A DNA stretch of 64,000 bases from a virus (Duplodnaviria > Caudoviricetes). Made by a program: the position numbers and the translations under genes. Positions 61,616 to 64,000 of the stretch are shown here, in pieces. Positions within the stretch are counted from its first letter, which is position 1. Every line of letters starts with the position of its first letter. The notes beneath the pieces were generated by a model, which was not told the origin of the DNA, made no database searches, and worked only from the letters and a program-made list of their open reading frames with translations. The stretch lies in IMG/VR virus record IMGVR_UViG_2870609773_000001, positions 1 through 64,000 of that record; one strand, given 5' to 3'.

Positions 61616-62013
61616 CGGGAGAACACCTCGCCCCCGTGCCCCTCGCCGCGGGTCGCCCACCAGATGTCGTGCAACTCCTGGCGGCACAGAGCGCACCACT
61701 CGCCCTGGCTGGAGTCACCGCCGCATTCCCGGCACCGCTGGGCAGGCAGGGAACTGATCCCCTGCTCGCCCTCGGTGGCCGCCTTCACGCACACCGGGCA
61801 CATGCCCTCGGGCAGGCTCCCGGCCGCGATCTCGTCCAGGACGTCGCGCGGCGTGCTCTCGGCTACGACGGCCATCCTCCGGCAGCCGGTGACGGTCAGC
61901 ACTCCATGGTCGGGCACCGCGCCGAAGAACGCCGGGAACGCGTGCCTCAGGTTCAGGTCAGCGTTGGCGTACGGGCTGAACGGGTTCGGGGCGATCTTGG
62001 TGGTGTCACCCAT
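61612..62013 (-). CDS. Cys-rich hypothetical protein
   Basis: CPVC, CREC, CALC. Confidence 0.7.
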   Translation of the reverse strand: MGDTTKIAPNPFSPYANADLNLRHAFPAFFGAVPDHGVLTVTGCRRMAVVAESTPRDVLDEIAAGSLPEGMCPVCVKAATEGEQGISSLPAQRCRECGGDSSQGEWCALCRQELHDIWWATRGEGHGGEVFSR

Positions 62014-62434
62014 GGTTGGTCTCCAGGAGGTCTACGCCGTCGAGGGCGCGGATGGTCGGGCACGGGTACGGGTTGGCGCAGAAGCACTGGCCCGGCTTGT
62101 ACGGGATCTCGGCGTGGAGCTGGCGGACGCGATCGATGGCGTTGCGCGCTTCGTTGCAGGCGTCCGAAGTGGCCTTGAGGCGGGCGCGCAGGTCATCGCG
62201 GTCCCCCTTGATGGCCTGGAGTTCGTCGTCGCAGGCAGCCGCAAGGCTCGCGCACGCCTCACGCCAGCCTCGGGCCGCGTTGGCGACCACAGCGGACCGG
62301 ATTGCGTCGCCGTGCGCTGCCGCGAGCGCCACAGCGTGGAGGGCGTCGGGGTAGTCGGTCAGGAGCCAGTACAGGACGCTCTCGGCGTCCTCACGGTCGG
62401 CGGCCGTCGTCTCGATCTTGGCGGTGTCAGCCAT
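62006..62434 (-). CDS. coiled-coil hypothetical protein
   Basis: GGAGA RBS; C-terminal C..C...YPCPTIRALD motif. Confidence 0.7.
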   Translation of the reverse strand: MADTAKIETTAADREDAESVLYWLLTDYPDALHAVALAAAHGDAIRSAVVANAARGWREACASLAAACDDELQAIKGDRDDLRARLKATSDACNEARNAIDRVRQLHAEIPYKPGQCFCANPYPCPTIRALDGVDLLETNHG

Positions 62435-62708
62435 TCGAGGTCTCCTCACCGCTCGCGACCGGCAGGGCGAACTCCCGCTTGCTCAGCTCACCGGCGACCG
62501 GCAGGCCGGTCACCTCGGACAGCACCTGGCACATCGTCGTGGCCCGCTCGAACGACACTCCGTCTCCGAGCCGGTGAGCCTTTCTCTGTCCGTCCTTCAG
62601 GTAGACGACGACGGCCTGCCAGCCCTCCTGGTAGTGGTCGAACCAGCCCAGGTACGGCTTGTCGAGGTCGATGACGGTCGTCTCGATCGTGGTCTTGGTG
62701 TCAGCCAT
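62427..62708 (-). CDS. hypothetical protein
   Basis: GGAGA RBS. Confidence 0.7.
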   Translation of the reverse strand: MADTKTTIETTVIDLDKPYLGWFDHYQEGWQAVVVYLKDGQRKAHRLGDGVSFERATTMCQVLSEVTGLPVAGELSKREFALPVASGEETSNG

Positions 62709-62904
62709 GGTTGGTCTCCTCGGTGATCTCTGGGGTAGGTCGGTCAGGCGGTCCAGGGACGGGATCGGCAGGGGGCGGGTCAGAGAGCAGCCGGTCCAGC
62801 AGGCCGATCAGGTCCCGCAGCGGATTCGCCAACACTTCATCGCGGGAGGGGTGAAGACGCTCTGCTTCGAGGGCCTCCACCCGGGCCGCCAGATCGGGGC
62901 TCAC
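62701..62904 (-). CDS. small hypothetical protein
   Basis: GTGA overlap. Confidence 0.5.
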   Translation of the reverse strand: MSPDLAARVEALEAERLHPSRDEVLANPLRDLIGLLDRLLSDPPPADPVPGPPDRPTPEITEETNHG

Positions 62905-63173
62905 CAGGGGCCGTCCTTCTGGTTGTGCCGCGTCGGGCGAGGCAGGTTCGGGAGCTCGGCCCGTAACCGGCGCGGCGTCATGTCGCGGCGGCGAAGGTGC
63001 GCGGCCACCTCGGGACGGCAGGTGGGGCACGGGACGGCGTCGTCAGTGTCGTCGCGGTCCACCCAGCCGTTGGTGCAGCCGACATGCGTGCACTGGCAGG
63101 AGTTCCAGGGGCAGGGCTTGTACTCGTCGCGGATGTCTTGGGCCTGCTGAGGGTCTGGCGGGAAGCGCGTCAC
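62901..63173 (-). CDS. Cys-rich (Zn-binding) hypothetical protein
   Basis: CQCTH..C...GW...PCPTCRP; GTGA overlap. Confidence 0.65.
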   Translation of the reverse strand: MTRFPPDPQQAQDIRDEYKPCPWNSCQCTHVGCTNGWVDRDDTDDAVPCPTCRPEVAAHLRRRDMTPRRLRAELPNLPRPTRHNQKDGPW

Positions 63174-63799
63174 GATGGCCTCCGGCGGTCCGGACCGGTG
63201 AGTGGCACGAGCGTGCACATCTCGGCGAGGCGGGAGGCGCTGCGCTCCCCCACATGCTCGGCGAGCGAGCGTGGCGGCAGGTTCGATGTGACGATCAGCG
63301 GCAAGCAGCGGGAGTATCGCTCGTCGATGACCTCGTAGAGCTTCTCCTGCGTCCACTCGGACGGCTTCTCGGCGCCGATGTCGTCGATGAACAGGAGGCG
63401 GGCGTTCTGGCAGTCCTCGACGACCAGCCGGGCATCGTTGACTCCAGGCCTGAGCTGATCAAGCAGCGCCGTGGCGCGAACGGTGTGCACCGTGGGCCCG
63501 AAGCGGATCGTGTCCCACGTGTCGTAGCGGGCGGCTCGCGGAACGGTCTCCGTGTTGCGGCACCACTCCGCCAGAGCGGTGAATCCGAGGTGGGTCTTGC
63601 CCGTCCCGACAGGACCCGTCAGGTACAGCCCGCCGGCACGGCGGCCAGCTTTCGCCCAGGCCCGGACTTCCTCGGGGATCGGGATCTCAGCCTGGAAGCG
63701 CGGCGGGACGTAACCGCGGACGGCTTGTTCGAGCTGCCAGCGCTTGTATTCGTCCGGGTCGCTGTGGGGCCCGAACTCGGGGGTGTCACCAGCCTGCAC
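63170..63799 (-). CDS. DnaC/IstB-like ATPase (helicase loader)
   Basis: GPVGTGKT Walker A; LLFIDDIGAEKPSEW; LIVTSN; RSASRLAEM. Confidence 0.92.
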   Translation of the reverse strand: MQAGDTPEFGPHSDPDEYKRWQLEQAVRGYVPPRFQAEIPIPEEVRAWAKAGRRAGGLYLTGPVGTGKTHLGFTALAEWCRNTETVPRAARYDTWDTIRFGPTVHTVRATALLDQLRPGVNDARLVVEDCQNARLLFIDDIGAEKPSEWTQEKLYEVIDERYSRCLPLIVTSNLPPRSLAEHVGERSASRLAEMCTLVPLTGPDRRRPS

Positions 63800-63998
63800 G
63801 GTATTCCTCCTCGGTGAATTGCTGTGGGGTTGAGCCGGGGGACGGCGCGTCGTTTCGGACAAGAGCCAGTCGCGGGGCGGGCTCGTCGAGCCAGCACTCT
63901 TTGTTCAGCCACGTGGCCGGGTTTTTGATGTAGCCGCGCAACACGTGGGGGTCGGTGTCGGCGTAGAGCTTCGCTGCGTCGAAGAGGATCTGGACGTC
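63786..63998 (-). CDS. C-terminus of phage replication initiator (truncated by window)
   Basis: YIKNPATWLNKECWLDE motif; directly upstream of the DnaC-like gene. Confidence 0.75.
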   Translation of the reverse strand, partial: DVQILFDAAKLYADTDPHVLRGYIKNPATWLNKECWLDEPAPRLALVRNDAPSPGSTPQQFTEEEYRAGW

Positions 63999-64000
63999 TT

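Larger units (their letters stand above)
12255..64000 (-). mobile_element. temperate siphovirus (prophage or phage-plasmid); right end outside window
   Basis: Canonical order on the - strand: replication, early genes, terminase, portal, head, tail, lysis. Confidence 0.95.

Noticed and set aside
61223-62674. 483-aa + strand ORF
   Set aside because: Shadow of DUF5131 and its neighbours.

Overview
High-GC (by eye about 70%) mobile DNA from a filamentous actinomycete, in three blocks. (1) 1-8.5 kb, + strand: a Streptomyces-type conjugative transfer module. It has a membrane spread-type protein, an FtsK/SpoIIIE TraB-like translocase, clt-like TTAACC repeats, an HU protein and many small genes, but no rep, xis or int. 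(2) 8.6-12.1 kb: an accessory island whose core is an HNH-SF2 helicase fusion plus a translationally coupled partner gene. (3) 12.2-64 kb, almost all - strand: most of a temperate siphovirus. From the right it runs replication initiator (partial), DnaC-like ATPase, DUF5131, about 35 small early genes, BRO antirepressor, terminases, portal, head, head-tail joining, tail tube, frameshifted tail chaperones, tape measure, tail tip and lysis genes. No integrase or att site is visible, so blocks 1-3 may be one phage-plasmid-like element. The most unusual structure is a three-gene module present twice in the phage: a small helical protein, a ~150-aa beta-rich protein, and a long protein made of a shared ~200-aa domain plus 22-aa repeats. 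One copy is fused to the distal tail domain and the other sits upstream of the terminase beside a BppU-like gene. All product calls rest on motif recognition and synteny; no database searches were run.
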